Source: an uncultured Gemmatimonadales bacterium (GTDB lineage Bacteria > Gemmatimonadota > Gemmatimonadetes > Longimicrobiales > RSA9). From it: a stretch of DNA of 64,000 nucleotides. The DNA is taken from NCBI GenBank assembly GCA_963783305.1, contig CAWAMW010000017.1, positions 352,001 to 416,000 of the forward strand, given 5' to 3'. This document shows, piece after piece, positions 1 through 9,080 of this stretch (position 1 is its first letter; every line of letters starts with the position of its first letter). The notes below the pieces were generated by a model. That model searched no databases. It saw nothing but the letters and a program-made list of their open reading frames with translations, and was not told the origin of the DNA. The position numbers were made by a program, and so were the translations under genes.

Positions 1-681
1 GAGTTGCCACGCTCTTTAGGCGCTTCACCATGTCCCTACCCAACTCTTTTTCGGTGACGCCTATTACGTCGAAATTGCGAAGCTTCGCGAAATCTGACCT
101 TGTGAGGTCGCTCGGGTCCACAACGCCCCCCGACTTGGTCCAAGGCTTGATAATGAAATCAGTTAGTACCTCTCCGCGCCAGGGAAGAAACAAGACGCGG
201 GCTTTCTTGATCTGTTCGTGAAGTGGAATGTTGATGCTCTCGTGATCGTAGTTCGCTACGACTAACGGCAGGTCAGAATCAGCTAGAACTTGATCAACTA
301 CTGTTTGATATTCTTTGTTGCCGAATCCCGGCTTCGGCACGTATACGAACGACTTGGGCTCAGTTGAGTCAAAGCCTCCGGCCAACTCATAACCGCCGCT
401 ATCCATGAAAACGAGGCTTGCGGACAGCAGCCAATCGGCCGGGCTGCCTCCTTCCGCGTTAGGTCCTCCGAAATGATCAAAATGCAGGTCGTAGGCGCTA
501 ATGAGGGTTGACTGGCCGCCCAGTTTCGGCCACTCAGCAGATGAACAACTACATCGCTGTACTCCCTGCCATCCTTATCGCGATGGAATTGGAAGCCCTT
601 GCTGGTAAACGCTGGCACTAGGAGGGGCAGTTCGATCCGCCCCGACCATGGATGATGCAGCGTGCCGCGACGAGCTAGCAT
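1..681 (-). CDS. TGT (tRNA-guanine transglycosylase) superfamily protein; partial (runs off window start), one frameshift near 520-540
   Basis: ATG at 681 overlaps the queC-like stop. Manual translation: MLARRGTLHHPWSGRIELPLLVPAFTSKGF..., then after a frame change ...LISAYDLHFDH...LVFMDSGGYELAGG...DVIGVTEKELGRDMVKRLKSVAT, open to base 1. DSGGYE (386-403) matches the TGT catalytic DSGG(F/Y)Q motif. Confidence 0.65.
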
Positions 682-1270
682 AGTCCGATTCCGTTTCTGT
701 CGATGCACGAGATGCATTCACCACAAGGCTCCGATCCTCGCTCACAACCGTATGTCATTTCAATGGGAACCGAATGTGAGGTACAGAACTCTGCAATTTC
801 AGCCTTACTGAGTTCAATGAGCGGTGCGATGATTCTCACTGGCCTGCCCACCGCGTGCACTAGGAGCTGTTCAAGGACTCTGATGAATACAGGCTGACAA
901 TCGGAATACGGGCTATCGCTACGGATTCCAAGTGCCACCGCGTTGATGTGCGGCCCGCTTTCAAGCAAACCCAGAGAACAGAGCATGAGGTTTCTCGCAG
1001 TGATGAAGCCTTCCGTCTTTTGTTCAGCACCCACAATTTTCAGTGTTTTAAGTGGGACCTGATAGTGTTTGGCCAGGGAGATGGCAGCGGCTCGTTCGGC
1101 CGTCGCGGCGGGGTGCCCGTAGTCGACGAAGAGAGTTGTCACCGGCCTTGCAAGCTCTGAGAAGAACGCAAGGCAGGCCGCTGAATCGACCCTCCGCTTA
1201 GGAGCAGGACGATTTCCGCGGCTTCTGGCGCGGGTGTGCCGGGCGCTCCGACAGCCGAATCTCTATTCAT
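675..1270 (-). CDS. queC: QueC-like protein (7-cyano-7-deazaguanine synthase family); single frameshift near 1191
   Basis: ATG at 1270 gives MNRDS...EIVLLLSGG. Adding one G in the run at ~1191 restores the PP-loop SGGVDS and joins ORF 675..1142 (FVDYGH, ARNLML, YSDC, APLIELSKAEI, C-terminal Zn motif CERGSEPCGECISC). Confidence 0.85.
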
Positions 1271-1497
1271 CGAACGGCGCCGCCTCCGCCCCCGCGTTCC
1301 GTGAGGACCCCACAAGCTCGCGTGCTCGGCAGCTGCCGGTCCACCCTCCGGAGAGCGGTGATGGAACAGATCCGGTCGTAGACGTCATGGGTATCAAAGC
1401 CCCCTCGCGTTCCTCTGCCAAGATCTGCAGCATGACGTCGTCAACATTCGCCGGTTGCCAATTTTGACATCGGACAACTCGCCCAGCTTCGGTAGGT

Positions 1498-4400
1498 TCA
1501 ATTTCCCGGCGCTGTTATGACCCCGACCCCACCCCGCGCCTGCCACTTCCCCTCCTCCACCCTCGCCACCACCCCCAGCACCTCCAGCGCCTCGAAGTGC
1601 TTCTCCACCTCCGCCCGCACCGCGCCCTTGAACCGCCGGGCCGCCTGCTCGACGGTCCGGGGCTTGTCGGCGACAGCGGTGCGGAGGGCCGTGAGCTGCT
1701 CGATGGGGTCGTCGGGCCAGTCGGGGAGGTCGGTGGGGGTGTCGTCGTCGGGCTCGGCGGGGGCGTCGTCGAGGGCGAGGTCGCCTTCGACCTTGTCGCC
1801 GAAGCGGGGGATCTGGTAGTCGGGGCGGAGCCAGCGGACGAGGCCGCGTCGCTCCTCCTCGACCCGCTCGTCGTGGAGGGCGACCAGGCGGGCGAGGATC
1901 TCGTCGGTCTCCATGGGCCACGGCCAGCCGTAGGCGTCGGCGACGAGGCGGTCCAGCTCGTCGTGGAGGTCCCGGAGCACGCCGCACGCGGCGATCTCGT
2001 GGACCTTCCGCTCCTTCTCCGTCAGCGGCTCCCCGCTCCGCAGCTTCTCGACGACGTTGTACATGCCGGTCATGGTGACGGAGTCTGTCGCGGTCGAGGG
2101 CGGCGTTGCGGTGGGATTCGAGCTGCTCGGCGACTGCTCGGCAATTACGTCCGCTTGCTGCTTCCGGTACGGTCAGGGAACGGGAACGGGTCGAAGCAAC
2201 TGGTCTTGTTGTAGACAGGATCGTTCCCCACACCTAGCCGCCCGCCGGCCGCCAATGCCCACTCGACGTGAATGCGTGAAGACAAGAACGCCAAGCGCAA
2301 AAGCGTCGTCCGACGCCACACAAACGAGCCTGTCTCATCCGGAACGATATCAGTCGACAGGAACGTGAAAAATCGGTGCTTTGCTGTGTCATGTAGTCCC
2401 GATATACTGCTCAAGTCCTCGCAGTGCCTCTCTGAGCTCGGGGCGCTGGCTCGCCAAAGCGCCACCAGTTACCTTCGTCGGCGTTCCATCCTGTTCGTGT
2501 CTCGCTGCGGCTTAACGCGCGTCCGCACGATGATCGTACAGAACAGGGATATTCTCGCGCTTCGTCCTCTTCCCGGAGGCCAAAATCGATCACCCAAACG
2601 CTGCGCGGCCGCGTGCGGTCAGATCCTTCCCATTGCGATACTGGCCGCACCACATCTGCGATGCTCGGAGTCCTGTCCGAGTAGTTCGCTCGGCTTCTTC
2701 ACGCTTCCAGGATGAAACCCGGAGCCGCACAGCGTGAAGCCCTGCTGAAGACAATCCATTGTTCGCCAAGAAGTGCTCCCGAACTGCCGCCGGCGATATC
2801 GGCGTTCATCGTAAGGTCCGCGTTCAGTCTGTCGAGACAGTTCGTTCGCGCGATCTCCTGCCGTCCTCTTCGATCGACAGTGACCAGCGGGCACTCAGCG
2901 TCGTTGCTGCCGAGATCACCGTCATGGCCACTCGGACATCAGCTCCGTCCGATCTCATCCACCCACGGGTGATCCGCACGGCCCAGATGACCTCGCACCT
3001 CGTTCAGCATGGCGTCCTCGACAACTGTTCGATTCTGAGCCTGGGTGATTGAGTTCGTCGTGATGAGTCCCGCCGTCTCGGTTGCTCCTGTGGCCACCGC
3101 TTCCGCAGCCCGGTACCACCAGTACATGACATAGTCCGCGCTGTTCGAGGCACATCCGGATATGCCTTCCGCAAGGCGTCGACATAGCCATCGCCAAACG
3201 CTTCTCGTCTGCATCCTGCCCCATATACGGCGGGTTCCCCACAATGAAATCCGCCTCCGGCCATTCCGCCTGCCTCGCCCCCACGTACTCGTAGTACGGC
3301 AGCCTCGCCTCGGGGTCGGGGACGAGGTCGCCGGTGACGGGGTGCGGGATGCGGGGCGTGGGGTCGGGGCGCGACTTCTCGGGGACCTCGCGGATGTCGT
3401 CCCAGGCGAGGACGGCGTCGCGGTGCTCGAGGGTGCCGGTGTCCTGGAGGACGGGCTCGGGGGGCTGGGTGTGCTGGTGGGTCTTCTTCCACCACTGGTG
3501 GTAGCCGACCCAGAGGCAGAGCTCGGCGACCTCGCGGGCCCAGAGCTTGACCTCGATGCCGTGGAACTGGTGGGGGCCGACGGGGTCGACGTCGTGCTCC
3601 TTCTGGCCGGTGATCTCCTCGATCTCCCGTGTGACCTCGAGCTCGATCTCCTTGAGGAGGTTGAGGGAGACGTAGAGGAAGTTGCCGGACCCGCAGGCGG
3701 GGTCGAGGACGCGGATGGAGCGGAGGTAGTCGTGGAACGAGCGGAGTCGCTCGACGGCCTTCTTCCGGGCGGGCGCGGTGCCGTGCTCCCGGAGCTGGAG
3801 GACCTCGGCCTGGACGAGGGTCCAGCGCTCGCGGACGGGCTCCTCGATGGTGGGGCGGACGAGTCGCTCGACGTAGGCGCGGGGCGTGAACTCGGCGCCC
3901 AGGCGGTGGCGCTCCTCGCGGTCGAGGGCGCGGGTGAGGAGGGTGCCGAAGATGGAGGGCTCGACGTGGGCCCAGTCGGCGCGGGCGGCCTCGAGGAGGA
4001 CGGCGAGGGCGTCGCGGTCGAGGGGGATGACGTCGCGGTCGTGGAAGAAGTGGCCGTTGAAGCGGAGGACGTGGTTGTGGCCGAAGTCGCCGCCGGCGTC
4101 CATGGTCGCCCAGAGCCGGTCGACGGCGCCCTCGAAGGCGATGGGCTCCTCGCTCAGCCCCTTCTCCACGGCGATGGTGAACGGGTCATCCTTGAGCAGC
4201 CCCACGTCCTCGGCGAACATGGTGAAGACGCAGCGGATGAGGAACCGCGCGACGCGCTCCTGGTCCTCGCCCGTGGCCTCGAGGCGGGCGGCGAGCTTCG
4301 CCAGCTTCGTGGCGATCTCGCGGGTCACCTCCGCCGACTTCACGTTGGGGTCGAGGCGCTTCGGGTCCTCCCAGACCAGGCGGAGGAACTCGACATCGTC

Positions 4401-4865
4401 GGGGTTCTGCGCCAGGCGGGTGAGGTCGATGGTGCGGACGGCGCCCTGGAACCCGCCGTAGGAGCCGGCCCAGCGGTCCCAGAGCCGGAGCGTGCGGCCC
4501 ACGTCCAGGACCATGAGGTAGGGCGGCGGCCCGCCGGGGACGAAGGCGGCGTAGGAGGAGGCCTGGCCGAAGGCGCGGCGGAGTCGGAGCTCGGCGCTCT
4601 CGTCGGTGCGCTCGGGCTCGTCCTTGGACTCCAGGAGGAAGTGGCCCTCCTTGAAGAGGTCGACGCGGTTGGCCGACTCGGACCCGTCCCGGTTCACGAT
4701 CCGGACGGCGAACTCGAACTCGTAGCCGGAGCCGGACGGGCGGGGTCGCTCGACGCCCAGGGCCTCGCAGAGCTCGATCACGTACGACTGCGCGTTGGCG
4801 AGCTCCTTCGCAGGAACGTCGCGCCAGCGGTCGGCGAGTGCGGAAAGGGCGTCTTCGCGGTTCAT
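1498..4865 (-). CDS. MmeI-like Type IIL/IIG restriction endonuclease-N6-adenine methyltransferase fusion; multiply frameshifted as sequenced between ~2075 and ~3245
   Basis: N-terminal PD-(D/E)xK-like DLFKEGHFLLESK; MTase motif I DPACGSGNF and motif IV GNPPY. ORF fragments continue family motifs across frames (ADYVMYWW, GLITTNS, DHPWVD, TAKHRFFTFL, LSSRIHVEWALAAGGRLGVGNDPVYNKTSCFDPFPFP, LHDELDRLVADAYGWP). Confidence 0.88.
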
Positions 4866-5030
4866 TTTGTCAGGGTTCAGAAACGGCCGGATGCGTCACG
4901 CGCGGCCGGGCAGGCGCGACAGGGCAAGGGGGTAGGCTGCGTCCGTGTCGCGCCGGGGTCACCGGCCGGAGACAGAATGGGTCGCGGGAGGGTGGAATGG
5001 CAAGGGCGGGGTGGGGCAGCGTTCGGGGAG

Positions 5031-5089
5031 CAATGTCCGCCGAAGTCTTAAAATCACGCGCGATATATTTTAACGCACGCTCGTCTGGT
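5031..5089. repeat. Copy 1 of a 59-bp imperfect direct repeat containing a TTAAAAT-N12-ATTTTAA dyad
   Basis: Ungapped manual alignment to 6086-6144 gives 43/59 identities; perfect dyad at 5048-5073. Confidence 0.75.
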
Positions 5090-5125
5090 TAAAGCGTCGG
5101 CCACTCTCTTTCTTGCACCCCGCCT

Positions 5126-6088
5126 TTACTCCGAATGGAAGTCGCGATTGAGCTCGATCAGTCTGTCGTAGCGTCGAGCCGAGTCGCGAGCCTGTTCGAC
5201 AACCCCTCTCAGGCAGAACGCTATCCAGGCCTCCCACTTGCCTTCCGAGCTGACCTGGAAGAGCCGGTCGATGTACTCATCCTTGTTGGCGTCGAAGTAA
5301 TCGCTCATGTAGAGCCACTGATTCGATAAACCGCACCAATCAGCGATCAGGATGGCCAGCAGCAACCGCCCAACGCGTCCGTTACCGTCCATGAACGGGT
5401 GTATGGCCTCGAACTGGTAATGCGCAAGAAATGTCTCCACGAGTGGATCGAATTGCTTTGGCGCGTGGAGATATTTCTCAAACTGGTCCAGGGCCTGCGG
5501 CAGCTGATTGGCCGGGGGCGGAACATATCGGGAAGGCCGACCAATCTGATTCTGGAGTTTACGGAATTCCCCCGGGTTCTTGTCGGCTCCCCGAACGCCG
5601 TTCATCAAGACGCCATGCAGATCCTTGATCAGGCGCAGCGAGATGGGGAGGTCCTCTGGATGATTGCGTCGAAGACTGAGGGCTCGAGTGTAGTTGAAGA
5701 CCTCTCTTTGTGCATTGGCAGGATCGTCCGTTGATGCGGGAAATTTCGGATCCAGCTCGAACAGAACCTGCTGTTGTGGATCCGTATACGTTCCCTCGAG
5801 ACTCGAGGACTTCTGCGCTTCGCGCTTCTGAAGAGGACGGAGGATCAACTCCGGATTGGGCAGGTGTTTGCCGGTTCCGTCCAGGCTCGCCAGTGCCTTG
5901 TGCGCTTCGAGCAAGACCGGCCACAATTCCTGGGGCCACTCCCAATCGGGCGGAAGTGGATCGGGAACAAACGCAACCCTCAGCTTCGCGCCCGAAACTG
6001 CCACCAGTTTGCCAGTCGAAGTTGGCCCGAAAGATTCTGGCTTCAACAGAAAGCTCGTTCTTAAAGCGGGGACTGTAGGGGACTTCAA
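5126..6088 (-). CDS. Fic family AMPylase-like protein (class II, N-terminal inhibitory motif); possibly C-terminally truncated
   Basis: Canonical HPFMDGNGRVGR Fic motif and SSSLEG inhibitory (S/T)xxxEG motif. Ends without the C-terminal HTH region common in this subfamily. Confidence 0.9.
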   Translation of the reverse strand: MKSPTVPALRTSFLLKPESFGPTSTGKLVAVSGAKLRVAFVPDPLPPDWEWPQELWPVLLEAHKALASLDGTGKHLPNPELILRPLQKREAQKSSSLEGTYTDPQQQVLFELDPKFPASTDDPANAQREVFNYTRALSLRRNHPEDLPISLRLIKDLHGVLMNGVRGADKNPGEFRKLQNQIGRPSRYVPPPANQLPQALDQFEKYLHAPKQFDPLVETFLAHYQFEAIHPFMDGNGRVGRLLLAILIADWCGLSNQWLYMSDYFDANKDEYIDRLFQVSSEGKWEAWIAFCLRGVVEQARDSARRYDRLIELNRDFHSE

Positions 6089-6144
6089 CGTCTGCCGAAT
6101 CCTTAAAATTCATCCCGACATTCTTTAACGCAAGCCCGCCCGGT
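6086..6144. repeat. Copy 2 of the 59-bp imperfect direct repeat; probable promoter/operator of fic
   Basis: TTAAAAT-N12-TCTTTAA at 6103-6128, directly upstream of and overlapping the fic start on the minus strand. Confidence 0.75.
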
Positions 6145-6405
6145 GGCGGCCTCGAGCCGGACGAGGCGCGGGGGATCCTGGGCACGCTGGGTCAGGCACC
6201 TTTCATCACCACCGCCGTAGAGCCGGTGGCAGGTCGAGCGCTGGAGATCGCCTGTGCAATCGGCGTGACGGTCTACGACGCGACGTACATCGCCGTGGCG
6301 GAGCTGCGCGGGGCACGGCTGTGGACGGCGGACGCCAGGCTGGTGCGGGCTGTGGCGGGGAGCGGGTGGGAAGAGCTGGTTGTACTGCTGGCACCGGGCG
6401 GGTGA
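6145..6405 (+). pseudogene. 5'-truncated PIN-domain (VapC-type) toxin remnant
   Basis: Manual translation LEPDEARGILGTL...RALEIACAIGVTVYDATYIAVAELRGARLWTADARLVRA...* matches the C-terminal half of VapC. No start codon or N-terminal half upstream. Confidence 0.8.
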
Positions 6406-6523
6406 AGAGCGCGCTGCCCTTTCCGTCAGCCCTCCGGCGACAAACATTGACTACGCCGGAAACCCGGCCACCGCGCGGCGAACGCCGCCGCACCCGACGT
6501 CGCACGAAAGCGAACCGAGGACG

Positions 6524-8866
6524 ATGACGATGACGAAGCTGCCCATGACGTACGACCGCTCCCGCGCCGCGCTGCTCGCGCTGGCGACCCTGTTCGCCGC
6601 CGCCTGCGCCGCGGGCCCCGAGACCGTACCGGTCCAGCCGACGCCGGCCACCCAGCCCGCCCAGCCGCAACAGGCGCCAACGATCGGCTCCGTCCAGGAG
6701 GCGCTCCAGCTCTCCGGGCGGCTCGCCGGTGCGGGCGCGCCGCGGAGCCTGAACTGGATCGACCAGGGGGAGCGGTTCACGTACACGAGCACGAACCCGG
6801 AGACGCGGTCGCCGGAGATCCGGCGGTACGACCCGAAGAACCTGAGCGACGAGTTGCTGTTCGACCCGCGGGCGCTGACGCTGCCGGGTACGGCGGAGCC
6901 GCTGCGCTACCGGTCGTTCGAATGGGGTCGGACGTCGGAGCACCTGGTGTTCCAGACGGACTTCCGGCCGATCTACCGGAACTCGGGCGTGGCGGACTTC
7001 TACGTGTTCGGCGTGGCGGACGAGTCGCTGGTGCTGGCGGCGGATGACGCGCGGACGGCGGAGCTGTCGCCTGATGGCGGGCTGCTGGGGTACGAGCGGG
7101 AGGGCGACCTGTTCGTCTGGGACATGGCCGCGGGTGCGGAGCGTCGTCTGACGAACACGGGGAGCGAGAACGTCTGGAACGGCGTCTTCGACTGGGTCTA
7201 CGAGGAGGAGTTCGGTCAGGCGCAGGCGTGGAAGTGGAGCCCGGACGGCGAGCGGATCGCGTACTGGCAGACGCAGGTCGCGGATGTCCCGACGATCCAG
7301 ATCACGGACTGGGAGGGGCAGTACCCGGACTGGACGGTGATGCCGTACCCGAAGGTGGGGCAGCCCAATTCGGTGGTCCGGATCGGCGTGGTAGACGCGG
7401 CGTCGGCGGAGACGCGGTGGATGGAGATGAGCCAGGAAGAGGCGTACTACGTCCCGCGCATCTACTGGACGGCCGACCCCAACACGCTGGCCGTGGTCAC
7501 GCTGAACCGGCTCCAGAACCACCTCCGGCTCTTCTTCTTCGACGTGCGGAGCGGGGAGCGACGGCTGGTCATGGAGGAGACGACCGACACGTGGATCGAC
7601 GTGTACGACTTCTTCGCCGGCGTGGACGACTACTTCTACTTCCCCGAGGGCGTGCGCGAGTTCTTCTGGATCAGCGACCGCGACGGCTGGAACCACCTCT
7701 ACCGCTACAGCTACGACGGCGAGCTGCTGAACCAGGTGACGGAGGGCGACTGGGTGGTGACGCGCGTGGAGGGGATCGATGCCGACGGTCGTACGATCTA
7801 CTACGCGGGCACCGAGGAGAGCCCGCTCCAGCGGCACCTGTACGCCATCGGGTTCGACGGCTCCGGGAAGCGGCGGCTGACGCCGGAGGCGGGGACGCAT
7901 AACATCGCCATGTCGCCGAACGCCCGGTACTACGTGGACACGTGGTCGAGCACGACGTCGCCGCGGAAGGTGGAGCTGTGGTCCACGGGCGGCGGCAGCG
8001 GCGACGCGTCGCTGCTGGAGACCCTCGAGGGGAACGAGGAGGTGCTGCCGTTCGCCGAGTCCATCGACTACTCCCCCATGGAGCTGTTCGACTTCACCAC
8101 GAGCGACGGGCAGCGGCTGGACGGCTCCATGATCCGCCCGCCGGACTTCGACGCGAGCCGGCAGTACCCGGTCGTGCTCGCCATCTACGGCGGCCCCGGC
8201 TCGCAGCAGGTCTACGACGCGTGGAGCTCGAACGGGTGGCACCAGTACCTGGCGCAGCACGGCTACATCGTGGTGGGTCTGAACAACCGCGGGTCGGGCA
8301 ACTACGGCCGTGACTTCATGGAGGTCGTCTACGGCGAGATGGGGAAGTGGGAGGCGCTGGACTTCGCGGAGGTCGGGAAATGGCTCGCGAGCCAGCCGTG
8401 GGTGGATGGCGACCGGATGGCGATCCACGGCACGAGCTACGGCGGGTTCATGACCATCAGCACGCTGGTGCGGCACCCGGGCATCTACGCGCTCGGGATG
8501 GCGAACTCTCCGGTCACCGACTGGAAGCTCTACGACACGATCTACACCGAGCGCTACATGGGGCTGTTGCCGGACAACGCGGCCGGCTACGAGGCCACGT
8601 CCACGCTCCCGCGCGCGGGCAACCTCCAGGACTACCTGCTCCTGATCCACTCGGGGATGGACGAGAACGTGCACCCGCAGAACACCATGCAGCTGCTGAC
8701 GGCGCTGGCGAAGGCCGGCAAGGACGCGGAGCTCCGGTTCTACCCGCCGGGCGCCCATGGCGCGGCGTTCGACATGACGTCCTACGTGACCATGACGGAG
8801 GTGTACACGAACACGCTGTGCGAGCACATCGCGACGCAGTGCGTGCCGGAGAACCTCAACCAGTAG
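6524..8866 (+). CDS. Dipeptidyl-peptidase IV-like S9B peptidase, probable lipoprotein
   Basis: DWVYEEE motif, nucleophile GTSYGG, DENVH and H-containing catalytic motifs, lipobox-like LFAAAC. Confidence 0.93.
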   Translation: MTMTKLPMTYDRSRAALLALATLFAAACAAGPETVPVQPTPATQPAQPQQAPTIGSVQEALQLSGRLAGAGAPRSLNWIDQGERFTYTSTNPETRSPEIRRYDPKNLSDELLFDPRALTLPGTAEPLRYRSFEWGRTSEHLVFQTDFRPIYRNSGVADFYVFGVADESLVLAADDARTAELSPDGGLLGYEREGDLFVWDMAAGAERRLTNTGSENVWNGVFDWVYEEEFGQAQAWKWSPDGERIAYWQTQVADVPTIQITDWEGQYPDWTVMPYPKVGQPNSVVRIGVVDAASAETRWMEMSQEEAYYVPRIYWTADPNTLAVVTLNRLQNHLRLFFFDVRSGERRLVMEETTDTWIDVYDFFAGVDDYFYFPEGVREFFWISDRDGWNHLYRYSYDGELLNQVTEGDWVVTRVEGIDADGRTIYYAGTEESPLQRHLYAIGFDGSGKRRLTPEAGTHNIAMSPNARYYVDTWSSTTSPRKVELWSTGGGSGDASLLETLEGNEEVLPFAESIDYSPMELFDFTTSDGQRLDGSMIRPPDFDASRQYPVVLAIYGGPGSQQVYDAWSSNGWHQYLAQHGYIVVGLNNRGSGNYGRDFMEVVYGEMGKWEALDFAEVGKWLASQPWVDGDRMAIHGTSYGGFMTISTLVRHPGIYALGMANSPVTDWKLYDTIYTERYMGLLPDNAAGYEATSTLPRAGNLQDYLLLIHSGMDENVHPQNTMQLLTALAKAGKDAELRFYPPGAHGAAFDMTSYVTMTEVYTNTLCEHIATQCVPENLNQ

Positions 8867-8894
8867 TGTGGCCGAGGGGAACAGAAGAAATTCT

Positions 8895-9058
8895 TGACAC
8901 GAAGGGCTCGAAGGGACGAAGGCCTCGAAGAACAGCGAAAAAAAATTAAAAGATTTTGATCCGGGGAGCTTCGGGATCCCGGCGCGCGGCCGGTGCCTCG
9001 TAGCCTGCTGGGGTCAGCAGTACTTCGAGACCTTCGAAACTTCGAGCCCTTCGTGTCA
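8895..9058. repeat. 36-bp imperfect inverted repeat built of 8-9 bp CGAAGG units, enclosing an A-rich spacer and small hairpins
   Basis: 8895-8930 TGACACGAAGGGCTCGAAGGGACGAAGGCCTCGAAG pairs with 9023-9058 CTTCGAGACCTTCGAAACTTCGAGCCCTTCGTGTCA. Confidence 0.8.
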
Positions 9059-9080
9059 CGCTTTTGAAAAGAGGACCACG

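Noticed and set aside
675..1270. Housekeeping queuosine biosynthesis operon
   Set aside because: No queD/queE/queF alongside, atypical composition, and RM/Fic context; cannot be fully excluded without the left flank.
3162..5051. 629-aa plus-strand ORF and many similar long antisense ORFs across the window
   Set aside because: Shadow frames of high-GC genes on the opposite strand; no motifs.
5031..6144. IS element, dif or attC assignment for the fic-flanking repeats
   Set aside because: No transposase or integrase in the window, and the dyad spacing does not fit the 11-6-11 dif pattern; kept only as an unassigned repeat.
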